Assembly: GCA_038087875.1 (NCBI GenBank)
Contig: JAXLNO010000136.1
Span: forward strand, 1-64,000
DNA: 64,000 nt
DNA from: Malacoraja senta
Taxonomy: Eukaryota
Direction of reading: 5' to 3'
Below, in pieces: positions 49,901-64,000 of the stretch. Within the stretch, counting starts at the first letter, position 1, and every line of letters begins with the position of its first letter. The notes beneath the pieces were generated by a model that had not been told where the DNA came from, searched no databases, and was given only the letters and a program-made list of their open reading frames with translations. The position numbers were made by a program, and so were the translations under genes.

Positions 49901-52900
49901 TGGCGACCTTGACGGGGATGTGGCGACCTTACCGGATTTGTGGCGACCTTGCCGGAATTATGGCGACCTTGCCGGAATTGTGGCGACCTTGCCGTATTTA
50001 TGGCGTCCTGGCCGGATTTATGGCGACCGTGCCGGAAATACGGCGACCGTGCCGGAAATACGGCGACCGTGCCGGAGTTATGGCGACTTTGCAGATTTAT
50101 GGCGACCTTGCCGGATTTATGGCGACGTTACCGGAAATATGGCGACCTCGCCGGAATTATGGCGACCTTGCCGGATTTATGGCGAACTCGCCGGAAATAT
50201 GGCGACCTCGCCGGATTTATGGCGACCTTGCCGGAAATATGGCCACCTTGCCGGATTTATGGCGACCTTGCCGCATTTGTGGAGACCTTGCCGGATTTAT
50301 GGCGACCTTGCCGGATTTGCGGCGACCTTGCCGTATTTATGGCGACCTTGCCTGAAATGTGGCGACCTTGACGGATTTGTGGCGACCTTGCCGGATTTAT
50401 GGCGACCTTGACGGGGATGTGGCGACCTTACCGGATTTGTGGCGACCTTGCCGGAATTATGGCGACCTTGCCGGAATTGTGGCGACCTTGCCGTATTTAT
50501 GGCGTCCTGGCCGGATTTATGGCGACCGTGCCGGAAATACTGCGACCGTGCCGGAGTTATGGCGACTTTACAGATTTATGGCGACCTTGCCGGATTTATG
50601 GCGACGTTACCGGAAATATGGCGACCTCGCCTGAATTATGGCGACCTTGTCGGATTTATGGCGAACTCGCCGGAAATATGGCGACCTCGCCGGATTTATG
50701 GCGACATTGCCGGAAATATGGCCACCTTGCCGGATTTATGGCGACCTTGCCGCATTTGTGGAGACCTTGCCGGATTTATGGCGACCTTGCCGGAAATGTG
50801 GCGACCATGTCGGATTTGTGGCGACCTTGCCGGATTTATGGCGACCTTGCAGGGAATGTGGCGACCTTGCCGGATTTATGGCGAAATTCCCGAATTAATG
50901 GCGACCTTGCCGGAAATGTGACGGCCTTGCCGGAAATGTGGCGACCTTGCCGCATTTGTGGCGACCCCGCTGGATTTGTGGCGACCTTACCGGATTTATG
51001 GCGACCTTGTTAGAAATGTGGCGACCATGCGGATTTGTGGCGACCTTGCCGGATTTATGGCGACCTTGACGGGAATGGGGCGACCTTGCCGGATTTATGG
51101 CAACATTCCCGGATTAATGGCGAACTTGCCGGAAATGTGGCGACCTTGCCGGATTTGTGGGGACCTTGCCGGATTTATGGCGACCTTGCCTGAAATGTGG
51201 CGACCTTCACTGATTTGTGGCCACCTTGCCGGATTTATGGCGACCATGCCGGAAATATGGCGACCTTGCCGGATTTATGGCGACCTTGCCGGAAATATGG
51301 CCACCGTGCCGGAAATATGGCGACCTTGCCGGTTTATGACGACCTTGCAGGATTTGTGGCGACCTTGCCGGAAAAATGGCGACCTCGCCGGATTTATGGC
51401 GACCTTGCGGGATATGTGGCGACCTTGCCGGATTTATGGCGACCTCGCCGGATTTATTGCGACCTTGCCAGATTTGTGGCGACCTTGCCGGATTGTTGAC
51501 GACCTCGCCGGGAATGTGGCGATCTTGCCGGATATGTGGTGACCTTGACGGATTTATGGCGACCTCGACGGAAATGTTGCGATCTTGCCGGATTTTTGGC
51601 GACTTTGCCGGATGTATGGCGACCTCGCCGGAAATGTGGCGACCTTGCCTGGTTTGTGTCGAACTTGCCGGATTCATGGCGACCTCGCCGGAAATGTGGC
51701 GACCTTGCCGGATTTATGGCGACCTTGCCGGCAATATGGCGACCTTGCCGGATTTGGTGCGACCTTGCCGGATTAATGGCGACCTTGCCAGAAATATTAC
51801 GACCTTGCCGGATTTGTGGCGACCTTGCCGGAATTATGGCGACCTAGCCGGAAATATGGCAACCTTGCCGGATTTGTGGCAACCTTGCCGGATTTGTGGC
51901 GACCTTGCCGGATTAATGGCGACCTTGCCGGAAATGTGGCGACCATGCCGGATTTGACGCGACCTTGCCGGAAATATGGCGACCTTGCGGGATTTATGGC
52001 GTCCTAGCCGGATTTATGGCGGCCGTGCCGGAAATACGGCGACCTTGCCGGAGTTATGGCGACTTTGCAGATTTATGGCAAACTTGCCGGATTTATGGCG
52101 ACTTTGCCGGAACTATGGTGACATCGCCGGAATTATGGCGACCTTGCCCGATTTCTGGCGACCTCGCCGGATATATGGCGACCTCGCCGGATTTATGCCG
52201 ACCTTGCTGGAAATATGGCGACCTTGCCGGATTTATGGCGACCTTGCCGCATTTGTGGCGACGTTGCCGGATTTATGGTGCCCTTGCCGGAAATATGGCG
52301 ACCTTGCCGGAAATGTGGCGGCCTTGCCGGATTTGTGGCGACCTTGCCGGATTTCTGGCGACCTTGCCGGAAATGTGGCGACCTTGGCGGATTTGTGGCG
52401 ACCTTGCCGGATTTATGGCGACCTTGTCGGATTTGCGGCGAACGCCGAATTTATGGCGACCTTGCCGGAAATGTGGCGACCTTGCCGCATTTGTGGCGAC
52501 CTTGCTGGATTTGTGGCGACCTTGCCGGATTTATGGCGACCTTGCCGGAAATGTGGCGACCTTGCCGGATTTGCGGCGACCTTGCCGGATTTATGGCGAC
52601 CTTGCCTGAAATGTGGCGACCTTGACGGATTTGTGGGGACCTTGACGGATTTATGGCGACCTTGACGGGGATGTGGCGACCTTACCGGATTTGTGGCGAC
52701 CTTGCCGGAATTATGGCGACCTTTTTGCCGGAATTGTGGCGACCATGTCATATTTGCGGCGGACATGCCGGATTTATGGCGACCTTGCCGCAAATGTGGC
52801 CACCTTGCCGGATTTGTGGCTACCTTGCCGAATTCATGGCGACCTTGACGGAAATATGGCGACCTTGCCGGATTTGTGGCAACCTTGCCGGAAATATGGC

Positions 52901-55900
52901 GACCTTGCCGTATTTATGGCGTCCTAGCCGGATTTATGGCGACCGTGCCGGAAATACGGCGACCGTGCCGGAGTTATGGCGACTTTGCAGATTTATGGCG
53001 ACCTTGCCGGAAATATGGCGACCTCGACGGAATTATGGCGACCTTGCCGGATTTATGGCGAACTCGCCGGAAATATGGCGACCTCGCCGGATTTATGGCG
53101 ACCTTGCCGGAAATATGGCCACCTTGCCGGATTTATGGCGACCTTGCCGCATTTGTGGAGACTTTCCCGGATTTATGGCGACCTTGCCGGAAATGTGGCG
53201 ACCTTGTCGGATTTGTGGCGACCTTGCCGGATTTATGGCGACCTTGCAGGGAATGTGGCGACGTTGCCGGATTTATGGCGAAATTCCCGGATTAATGGCG
53301 ACCTTGCCGGAAATGTGACGACCTTGCCGGAAATGTGGCGACCTTGCCGCATTTGTGGCGACCCCGCTGGATTTGTGGCGACCTTACCGGATTTATGGCG
53401 ACCTTGCCGGAAATGTGGCGACCTTGCGGATTTGTGGCGACCTTGCCGGATTTATGGCGACCTTGACGGGAATGGGGCGACCTTGCCGGATTTATGGCGA
53501 CATTCCCGGATTAATGGCGAACTTGCCGGAAATGTGGCGACATTGCCGGATTTTTGGCGACCTTGCCGGATTTATGACGACCTTGCCTGAAATGGTGGCG
53601 ACCTTCCCTGATTTGTGTCCACCTTGCCGGATTTATGGCGACCATGCCGGAAATATGGCGACCTTGCTGGATTTGTGGCGACCTTGCCGGAATTACGGCG
53701 AACCTGCCGGAAATATGGCGACCTTGCCGGATTTGTGGCGTCCTTGCCGGATTTATGGCGACCTTGCCGGGGTTATGGAGACCTTGCCGGATTTGTGGCG
53801 ACTTTGGCGGATTTATGGCGACCGTGCCGGAAATATGGCGACCTTGCCGCATTTGTGGCGACCTTGCCGGATTTATGGCGACCGTGCCGGAAGTATGGCG
53901 ACCTTGCCGGATTTATGGCGACCTTGCCGGAAATTTGGCCACCGTGCCGGAAATATGGCGACCTTGCCGGATTATGACGACCTTGCAGGATTTGTGGCGA
54001 CCTTGCCGGAAAAATGGCGACCTCGCCGGATTTATGGCGACCTTGCGGGATATGTGGCGACCTTGCAAGATTTATGGCGACCTCGCCGGATTTATGGCGA
54101 CCTTGCCGGAAATGTGGCACCCTTGCCGGATTTGCGGCGACCTTGCCGGATTTATGGTAACCTAGCCGGGAATGTGGCGACCTTGCAGGATTTGTGGCGA
54201 CCTTGCCCGATTGATAGCGACCATGCCGGAAATATGGCGACCTTGCCGGATATGTGGCGACCTTGCCGGATTTATGGCGACCATGCCGGAAATATGGCGA
54301 CCTTGCCGGATTTGTGGCGACTTTGGCGGATTTATGGCGACCGTGCCGGAAATATGGCGACCTTGCCGCATTTGTGGCGACCTTGCCGGATTTATGGCGA
54401 CCGTGCCGGAAGTATGGCGACCTTGCCGGATTTATGGCGACCTTGCCGGAAATATGGCCACCGTGCCGGAAATATTGCGACCTTTACGGTTTATGGCGAC
54501 CTTGCGGGATTTGTGGCGACCTTGCCGGAAAAATGGCGACCTCGCCGGATTTATGGCGGGATATGTGGCGACCTTGCCGGATTGTTGGCGACCTCGCCGG
54601 GAATGTGGCGATCTTGCCGGATATGTGGCGACCTTGACGGATTTATGGCGACCTCGACGGAAATGTTGCGATCTTGCCTGATTTTTGGCGACTTTGCCGG
54701 ATGTTTGGCGACTTCGCCGGAAATGTGGCGGTCTTGCCTGGTTTGTGGCGAACTTGCCGGATTCATGGCGACCTTGCCGGAAATGTGGCGACCTTGCCGG
54801 ATTTATGGCGACCTTGTCAGATTTATGGCGACCTTGCCGGATTTATGGCGACCTTGCCGCATTTGTGGCGACCTTGCCGGATTTATGGTGCCCTGGCCGG
54901 AAATATGGCGACCTTGCCGGAAATGTGGCGGCCTTGCCGGATTTGTGGCGACCTTGCCGGATTTATGGCGACCTTGCCGGAAATGTGGCGACCTTGGCGG
55001 ATTTGTGGCGACCTTGCCGGATTTATGGCGACCTTGTCTGATTTGCGGCGAACGCCGAATTTATGGCGACCTTGCCGGAAATGTGGCGACCTTGCCGCAT
55101 TTGTGGCGACCTTGCTGGATTTGTGGCGACCTTGCCGGATTTATGGCGACCTTGCCGGAAATATGGCGACCTTGCCGGATTTGCGGCGACCTTGCCGGAT
55201 TTATGGCGACCTTCCCTGAAATGTGGCGACCTTGACGGATTTGTGGCGACCTTGCCGGATTTATGGCGACCTTGACGGGGATGTGGCGACCTTACCGGAT
55301 TTGTGGCGACCTTGCCGGGTATGTGGCGACCTTGCCGGATTTATGGCGACCATGCCGGAAATATGGCGACCTTGCCGGATTTGTGGCGACTTTGGCGGAT
55401 TTATGGCGACCGTGCCGGAAATATGGCGACCTTGCCGCATTTGTGGCGACCTTGCCGGATTTATGGCGACCGTGCCGGAAGTATGGCGACCTTGCCGGAT
55501 TTATGGCGACCTTGCCGGAAATATGGCCACCGTGCCGGAAATATGGCGACCTTTACGGTTTATGGCGACCTTGCGGGATTTGTGGCGACCTTGCCGGAAA
55601 AATGGCGACCTCGCCGGATTTATGGCGACCTTGCGGGATATGTGGCGACCTTGCCGGATTGTTGGCGACCTCGCCGGGAATGTGGCGATCTTGCCGGATA
55701 TGTGGCGACCTTGACGGATTTATGGCGACCTCGACGGAAATGTTGCGATCTTGCCTGATTTTTGGCGACTTTGCCGGATGTTTGGCGACCTCGCCGGAAA
55801 TGTGGCGGTATTGCCTGGTTTGTGGCGAACTTGCCGGATTCATGGCGACCTTGCCGGAAATGTGGCGACCTTGCCGGATTTATGGCGACCTTGTCGGATT

Positions 55901-58900
55901 TATGGCGACCTTGCCGGATTTATGGCGACCTTGCCGCATTTGTGGCGACCTTGCCGGATTTATGGTGCCCTTGCCGGAAATATGGCGACCTTGCCGGAAA
56001 TGTGGCGGCCTTGCCGGATTTGTGGCGACCTTGCCGGATTTATGGCGACCTTGCCGGAAATGTGGCGACCTTGGCGGATGTGTGGCGACCTTGCCGGATT
56101 TATGGCGACCTTGTCGGATTTGCGGCGAACGCCGAATTTATGGCGACCTTGCCGGAAATGTGGCGACCTTGCCGCATTTGTGGCGACCTTGCTGGATTTG
56201 TGGCGACCTTGCCGGATTTATGGCGACCTTGCCGGAAATGTGGCGACCTTGCCGGATTTGCGGCGACCTTGCCGGATTTATGGCGACCTTGCCTGAAATG
56301 TGCCGACCTTGACGGATTAGTGGCGACCTTGCCGGATTTATGGCGACCTTGACGGGGATGTGGCGACCTTACCGGATTTGTGGCGACCTTGCCGGAATTA
56401 TGGCGACCTTGCCGGAATTGTGGCGACCTTGTCGTATTTGTGGCGGACATGCAGGATTTATGGCGACCTTGCCGCAAATGTGGCGACCTTGCCGGATTTG
56501 TGGCTACCTTGCCGAATTCATGGCGACCTTGACGGAAATATGGCGACCTTGCCGGATTTGTGGCAACCTTGCCGGAAATATGGCGACCTTGCCGTATTTA
56601 TGGCGTCCTAGCCGGATTTATGGCGACTGTGCCGGAAATACGGCGACCGTGCCGGAGTTATGGCGACTTTGCAGATTTATGGCGACCTTGCCGGAAATAT
56701 GGCGACCTCGACGGAATTATGGCGACCTTGCCGGATTTATGGCGAACTCGCCGGAAATATGGCGACCTCGCCGGATTTATGGCGACCTTGCCGGAAATCT
56801 GGCCACCTTGCCGGATTTATGGCGACCTTGCCGCATTTGTGGAGACTTTCCCAGATTTATGGCGACCTTGCCGGAAATGTGGCGACCTTGTCGGATTTGT
56901 GGCGACCTTGCCGGATTTATGGCGACCTTGCAGGGAATGTGGCGACGTTGCCGGATTTATGGCGAAATTCCCGGATTAATGGCGACCTTGCCGGAAATGT
57001 GACGACCTTGCCGGAAATGTGGCGACCTTGCCGCATTTGTGGCGACCCCGCTAGATTTGTGGCGACCTTACCGGATTTATGGCGACCTTGCCGGAAATGT
57101 GGCGACCTTGCGGATTTGTGGCGACCTTGCCGGATTTATGGCGAACATGACGGGAATGGGGCGACCTTGCCGGATTTATGGCGACATTCCCGGATTAATG
57201 GCGAACTTGCCGGAAATGTGGCGACCTTGCCGGATTTTTGGCGACCTTGCCGGATTTATGGCGACCTTGCCTGAAATGGTGGCGACCTTCCCTGATTTGT
57301 GGCCACCTTGCCGGATTTATGGCGACCATGCCGGAAATATGGCGACCTTGCCGGATTTGTGGCGACCTTGCCGGAATTACGGCGAACCTGCCGGAAATAT
57401 GGCGACCTTGCCGGATTTGTGGCGTCCTTGCCGGATTTATGGCGACCTTGCCGGGATTATGGAGACCTTGCCGGATTTGTGGCGACTTTGGCGGGTTTAT
57501 GGCGACCGTGCCGGAAATATGGCGACCTTGCCGCATTTGTGGCGACCTTGCCGGATTTATGGCGACCGTGCCGGAAGTATGGCGACCTTGCCGGATTTAT
57601 GGCGACCTTGCCGGAAATTTGGCCACCGTGCCGGAAATATGGCGACCTTGCCGGATTATGCCGACCTTGCAGGATTTGTGGCGACCTTGCCGGAAAAATG
57701 GCGACCTCGCCGGATTTATGGCGACCTTGCGGGATATGTGGCGACCTTGCCGGATTTATGGCGACCTCGCCGGCTTTATTGCGACCTTGCCGGATTTGTG
57801 GCGACCTTGCCGGATTGTTGGCGACCTCGCCGGGAATCTGGCGATATTGCCGGAAAAATGGCGACCTTGCAGGATTTATGGCGACCTTCTCGGATATGTG
57901 GCGAACTTGCCGGATTTATGGCGACATTGCCGGAAATGTGGCGACCTTGCCGCATTTGTGGCGACATTTCTGGATTTGTGGCGATCTTTCCGGATTTATG
58001 GCGACCTTGCCGGAAATGTGGCACCCTTGCCGGATTTGCGGCGACCTTGCCGGATTTATGGTAACCTAGCCGGGAATGTGGCGACCTTGCAGGATTTGTG
58101 GCGACCTTGCCCGATTTATGGCGACCATGCCGGAAATATGGCGACCTTGCCGGATATGTGGCGACCTTGCCGGATTTATGGCGACCATGCCGGAAATATG
58201 GCGACCTTGCCGGATTTGTGGCGACTTTGGCGGATTTATGGCGACCGTGCCGGAAATATGGCGACCTTGCCGCATTTGTGGCGACCTTGCCGGATTTATG
58301 GCGACCGTGCCGGAAGTATGGCGACCTTGCCGGATTTATGGCGACCTTGCCGGAAATATGGCCACCGTGCCGGAAATATGGCGACCTTTACGGTTTATGG
58401 CGACCTTGCGGGATTTGTGGCGACCTTGCCGGAAAAATGGCGACCTCGCCGGATTTATGGCGACTTTGCGGGATATGTGGCGACCCTGCCGGATTGTTGG
58501 CGACCTCGCCGGGAACGTGGCGATCTTGCCGGATATGTGGCGACCTTGACGGATTTATGGCGACCTCCACGGAAATGTTGCGATCTTGCCTGATTTTTGG
58601 CGACTTTGCCGGATGTTTGGCGACTTCGCCGGAAATGTGGCGGTCTTGCCTGGTTTGTGGCGAACTTGCCGGATTCATGGCGACCTTGCCGGAAATGTGG
58701 CGACCTTGCCGGATTTATGGCGACCTTGTCGGATTTATGGCGACCTTGCCGGATTTATGGCGACCTTGCCGCATTTGTGGCGACCTTGCCGGATTTATGG
58801 TGCCCTTGCCGGAAATATGGCGACCTTGCCGGAAATGTGGCGGCCTTGCCGGATTTGTGGCGACCTTGCCGGATTTATGGCGACCTTGCCGGAAATGTGG

Positions 58901-61900
58901 CGACCTTGGCGGATTTGTGGCGACCTTGCCGGATTTATGGCGACCTTGTCGGATTTGCGGCGAACGCCGAATTTATGGCGACCTTGCCGGAAATGTGGCG
59001 ACCTTGCCGCATTTGTGGCGACCTTGCTGGATTTGTGGCGACCTTGCCGGATTTATGGCGACCTTGCCGGAAATGTGGCGACCTTGCCGGATTTGCGGCG
59101 ACCTTGCCGGATTTATGGCGACCTTGCCTGAAATGTGGCGACCTTGACGGATTTGTGGCGACCTTGCCGGATTTATGGCGACCTTGCCGGAAATGTGGCG
59201 ACCTTGCCGGATTTGCGGCGACCTTGCCGGATTTATGGCGACCTTGCCTGAAATGTGGCGACCTTGACGGATTTGTGGCGACCTTGCTGGATTTATGGCG
59301 ACCTTGCCGGATATGTGGCGACCTTGCCGGATTTATGGCGACCATGCCGGAAATATGGCGACCTTGCCGGATTTGTGGCGACTTTGGCGGATTCATGGCG
59401 ACCGTGCCGGAAATATGGCGACCTTGCCGCATTTGTGGCGACCTTGCCGGATTTATGGCGACCGTGCAGGAAGTATGGCGACCTTGCCGGATTTATGGCG
59501 ACATTGCCGGAAATATGGCCACCGTGCCGGAAATATGGCGACCTTTACGGTTTATGGCGACCTTGCGGGATTTGTGGCGACCTTGCCGGAAAAATGGCGA
59601 CCTCGCCGGATTTATGGCGACCTTGTGGGATATGTGGCGACCTTGCCGGATTGTTGGCGACCTCGCCGGGAATGTGGCGATCTTGCCGGATATGTGGCGA
59701 CCTTGACAGATTTATGGCGACCTCGACGGAAATGTTGCGATCTTGCCTGATTTTTGGCGACTTTGCCGGATGTTTGGCGACCTCGCCGGAAATGTGGCGG
59801 TCTTGCCTGGTTTGTGGCGAACTTGCCGGATTCATGGCGACCTTGCCGGAAATGTGGCGACCTTGCCGGCTTTATGGCGACCTTGTCGGATTTATGGCGA
59901 CCTTGCCGGATTTATGGCGACCTTGCCGCATTTGTGGCGACCTTGCCGGATTTATGGTGCCCTTGCCGGAAATATGGCGACCTTGCCGGATTTATGGCGA
60001 CCTTGCCGGAAATTTGGCCACCGTGCCGGAAATATGGCGACCTTGCCGGATTATGCCGACCTTGCAGGATTTGTGGCGACCTTGCCGGAAAAATGGCGAC
60101 CTCGCCGGATTTATGGCGACCTTGCGGGATATGTGGCGACCTTGCCGGATTTATGGCGACCTCGCCGGATTTATTGCGACCTTGCCGGATTTGTGCCGAC
60201 CTTGCCGGATTGTTGGCGACCTCGCCGGGAATCTGGCGATCTTGCCGGAAAAATGGCGACCTTGCAGGATTTATGGCGACCTTGTCGGATATGTGGCGAA
60301 CTTGCCGGATTTATGGCGACATTGCCGGAAATGTGGCGACCTTGCCGCATTTGTGGCGACCTTTCTGGATTTGTGGCGATCTTGCCGGATTTATGGCGAC
60401 CTTGCCGGAAATGTGGCACCCTTGCCGGATTTGCGGCGACCTTGCCGGATTTATGGTAACCTAGCCGGGAATGTGGCGACCTTGCAGGATTTGTGGCGAC
60501 CTTGCCCGATTTATGGCGACCATGCCGGAAATATGGCGACCTTGCCGGATATGTGGCGACCTTGCCGGATTTATGGCGACCATGCCGGAAATATGGCGAC
60601 CTTGCCGGATTTGTGGCGACTTTGGCGGATTTATGGCGACCGTGCCGGAAATATGGCGACCTTGCCGCATTTGTGGCGACCTTGCCGGATTTATGGCGAC
60701 CGTGCCGGAAGTATGGCGACCTTGCCGGATTTATGGCGACCTTGCCGGAAATATGGCCACCGTGCCGGAAATATGGCGACCTTTACGGTTTATGGCGACC
60801 TTGCGGGATTTGTGGCGACCTTGCCGGAAAAATGGCGACCTCGCCGGATTTATGGCGACTTTGCGGGATATGTGGCGACCCTGCCGGATTGTTGGCGACC
60901 TCGCCGGGAACGTGGCGATCTTGCCGGATATGTGGCGACCTTGACGGATTTATGGCGACCTCCACGGAAATGTTGCGATCTTGCCTGATTTTTGGCGACT
61001 TTGCCGGATGTTTGGCGACTTCGCCGGAAATGTGGCGGTCTTGCCTGGTTTGTGGCGAACTTGCCGGATTCATGGCGACCTTGCCGGAAATGTGGCGACC
61101 TTGCCGGATTTATGGCGACCTTGTCGGATTTATGGCGACCTTGCCGGATTTATGGCGACCTTGCCGCATTTGTGGCGACCTTGCCGGATTTATGGTGCCC
61201 TTGCCGGAAATATGGCGACCTTGCCGGAAATGTGGCGGCCTTGCCGGATTTGTGGCGACCTTGCCGGATTTATGGCGACCTTGCCGGAAATGTGGCGACC
61301 TTGGCGGATTTGTGGCGACCTTGCCGGATTTATGGCGACCTTGTCGGATTTGCGGCGAACGCCGAATTTATGGCGACCTTGCCGGAAATGTGGCGACCTT
61401 GCCGCATTTGTGGCGACCTTGCTGGATTTGTGGCGACCTTGCCGGATTTATGGCGACCTTGCCGGAAATGTGGCGACCTTGCCGGATTTGCGGCGACCTT
61501 GCCGGATTTATGGCGACCTTGCCTGAAATGTGGCGACCTTGACGGATTTGTGGGGACCTTGACGGATTTATGGCGACCTTGACGGGGATGTGGCGACTTT
61601 ACCGGATTTGTGGCGACCTTGCCGGAATTATGGCGACCTTTTTGCCGGAATTGTGGCGACCATGTCATATTTGCGGCGGACATGCCGGATTTATGGCGAC
61701 CTTGCCGCAAATGTGGCCACCTTGCCGGATTTGTGGCTACCTTGCCGAATTCATGGCGACCTTGACGGAAATATGGCGACCTTGCCGGATTTGTGGCAAC
61801 CTTGCCGGAAATATGGCGACCTTGCCGTATTTATGGCGTCCTAGCCGGATTTATGGCGACCGTGCCGGAAATACGGCGACCGTGCCGGAGTTATGGCGAC

Positions 61901-64000
61901 TTTGCAGATTTATGGCGACCTTGCCGGAAAAATGGCGACCTCGCCGGATTTATGGCGACTTTGCGGGATATGTGGCGACCCTGCCGGATTGTTGGCGACC
62001 TCGCCGGGAACGTGGCGATCTTGCCGGATATGTGGCGACCTTGACGGATTTATGGCGACCTCCACGGAAATGTTGCGATCTTGCCTGATTTTTGGCGACT
62101 TTGCCGGATGTTTGGCGACTTCGCCGGAAATGTGGCGGTCTTGCCTGGTTTGTGGCGAACTTGCCGGATTCATGGCGACCTTGCCGGAAATGTGGCGACC
62201 TTGCCGGATTTATGGCGACCTTGTCGGATTTATGGCGACCTTGCCGGATTTATGGCGACCTTGCCGCATTTGTGGCGACCTTGCCGGATTTATGGTGCCC
62301 TTGCCGGAAATATGGCGACCTTGCCGGAAATGTGGCGGCCTTGCCGCATTTGTGGCGACCTTGCCGGATTTATGGCGACCTTGCCGGAAATGTGGCGACC
62401 TTGGCGGATTTGTGGCGACCTTGCCGGATTTATGGCGACCTTGTCGGATTTGCGGCGAACGCCGAATTTATGGCGACCTTGCCGGAAATGTGGCGACCTT
62501 GCCGCATTTGTGGCGACCTTGCTGGATTTGTGGCGACCTTGCCGGATTTATGGCGACCTTGCCGGAAATGTGGCGACCTTGCCGGATTTGCGGCGACCTT
62601 GCCGGATTTATGGCGACCTTGCCTGAAATGTGGCGACCTTGACGGATTTGTGGCGACCTTGCCGGATTTATGGCGACCTTGCCGGAAATGTGGCGACCTT
62701 GCCGGATTTGCGGCGACCTTGCCGGATTTATGGCGACCTTGCCTGAAATGTGGCGACCTTGACGGATTTGTGGCGACCTTGCTGGATTTATGGCGACCTT
62801 GCCGGATATGTGGCGACCTTGCCGGATTTATGGCGACCATGCCGGAAATATGGCGACCTTGCCGGATTTGTGGCGACTTTGGCGGATTCATGGCGACCGT
62901 GCCGGAAATATGGCGACCTTGCCGCATTTGTGGCGACCTTGCCGGATTTATGGCGACCGTGCAGGAAGTATGGCGACCTTGCCGGATTTATGGCGACATT
63001 GCCGGAAATATGGCCACCGTGCCGGAAATATGGCGACCTTTACGGTTTATGGCGACCTTGCGGGATTTGTGGCGACCTTGCCGGAAAAATGGCGACCTCG
63101 CCGGATTTATGGCGACCTTGTGGGATATGTGGCGACCTTGCCGGATTGTTGGCGACCTCGCCGGGAATGTGGCGATCTTGCCGGATATGTGGCGACCTTG
63201 ACAGATTTATGGCGACCTCGACGGAAATGTTGCGATCTTGCCTGATTTTTGGCGACTTTGCCGGATGTTTGGCGACCTCGCCGGAAATGTGGCGGTCTTG
63301 CCTGGTTTGTGGCGAACTTGCCGGATTCATGGCGACCTTGCCGGAAATGTGGCGACCTTGCCGGCTTTATGGCGACCTTGTCGGATTTATGGTGACCTTG
63401 CCGGATTTATGGCGACCTTGCCGCATTTGTGGCGACCTTGCCGGATTTATGGTGCCCTTGCCGGAAATATGGCGACCTTGCCGGATTTATGGCGACCTTG
63501 CCGGAAATTTGGCCACCGTGCCGGAAATATGGCGACCTTGCCGGATTATGCCGACCTTGCAGGATTTGTGGCGACCTTGCCGGAAAAATGGCGACCTCGC
63601 CGGATTTATGGCGACCTTGCGGGATATGTGGCGACCTTGCCGGATTTATGGCGACCTCGCCGGATTTATTGCGACCTTGCCGGATTTGTGCCGACCTTGC
63701 CGGATTGTTGGCGACCTCGCCGGGAATCTGGCGATCTTGCCGGAAAAATGGCGACCTTGCAGGATTTATGGCGACCTTGTCGGATATGTGGCGAACTTGC
63801 CGGATTTATGGCGACATTGCCGGAAATGTGGCAACCTTGCCGCATTTGTGGCGACCTTTCTGGATTTGTGGCGATCTTGCCGGATTTATGGCGACCTTGC
63901 CGGAAATGTGGCACCCTTGCCGGATTTGCGGCGACCTTGCCGGATTTATGGTAACCTAGCCGGGAATGTGGCGACCTTGCAGGATTTGTGGCGACCTTGC
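34972..64000. repeat. CpG-rich 20-bp satellite array (over 28 kb, runs off the right edge)
   Basis: Consensus GGCGACCTTGCCGGA(TT/AA)T(A/G)T, with a recurrent 17-bp variant GCGGCGAACGCCGAATT; one orientation throughout. Confidence 0.99.
35852..36845 (-). mobile_element. CR1 subfamily A 3' fragment inserted in the satellite
   Basis: GVPQGSVLGP...YADD...AGRWD*; (TTATATGG)n tail; internal deletion after FINQ. Confidence 0.95.

Noticed and set aside
34926..63959. Hundreds of ORFs up to 626 aa (MATLPDLWRPCRIYGDLAGF repeats)
   Set aside because: A stop-poor 20-bp unit cycles through all three frames every 60 bp; frequent 1-bp and 3-bp indels show no frame constraint.
34972..64000. CRISPR-like array (conserved repeat plus variable part)
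   Set aside because: The variable part is 8 nt with a few recurring variants, there are no unique spacers or cas genes, and the context is vertebrate.

Overview
Repeat-dense vertebrate genomic DNA, most likely from a cartilaginous fish (skate, ray or shark). This is inferred from an HE1/V-SINE-type SINE and the CR1, Rex1/Babar and Penelope content. Positions 1-34.97 kb are a mosaic of nested transposons: a nearly intact Gypsy element, a BEL/Pao remnant, many CR1 copies (one near full-length), Rex1/Babar fragments, Penelope fragments carrying minimal hammerhead-ribozyme motifs, and several minisatellites. Host-gene pieces among them are two phase-1 Ig-domain exons (+), a TATA promoter with a signal-peptide-like exon (-), and a 5'-truncated C2H2 zinc-finger exon (-). 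From about 34.97 kb to the end is a CpG-rich 20-bp satellite with shifting higher-order periods and one CR1 insertion; its many ORFs are artefacts. I found no complete novel multi-gene system. The most notable signals are a 28-bp palindrome flanked by an 8-bp direct repeat (candidate P-element-type excision footprint), hammerhead motifs, a tandem duplication sharing its breakpoint with a CR1 insertion site, Ig domains with Trp replacing the F-strand Cys, and the satellite and its boundary. All calls were made by eye; element boundaries are approximate unless a junction is quoted.
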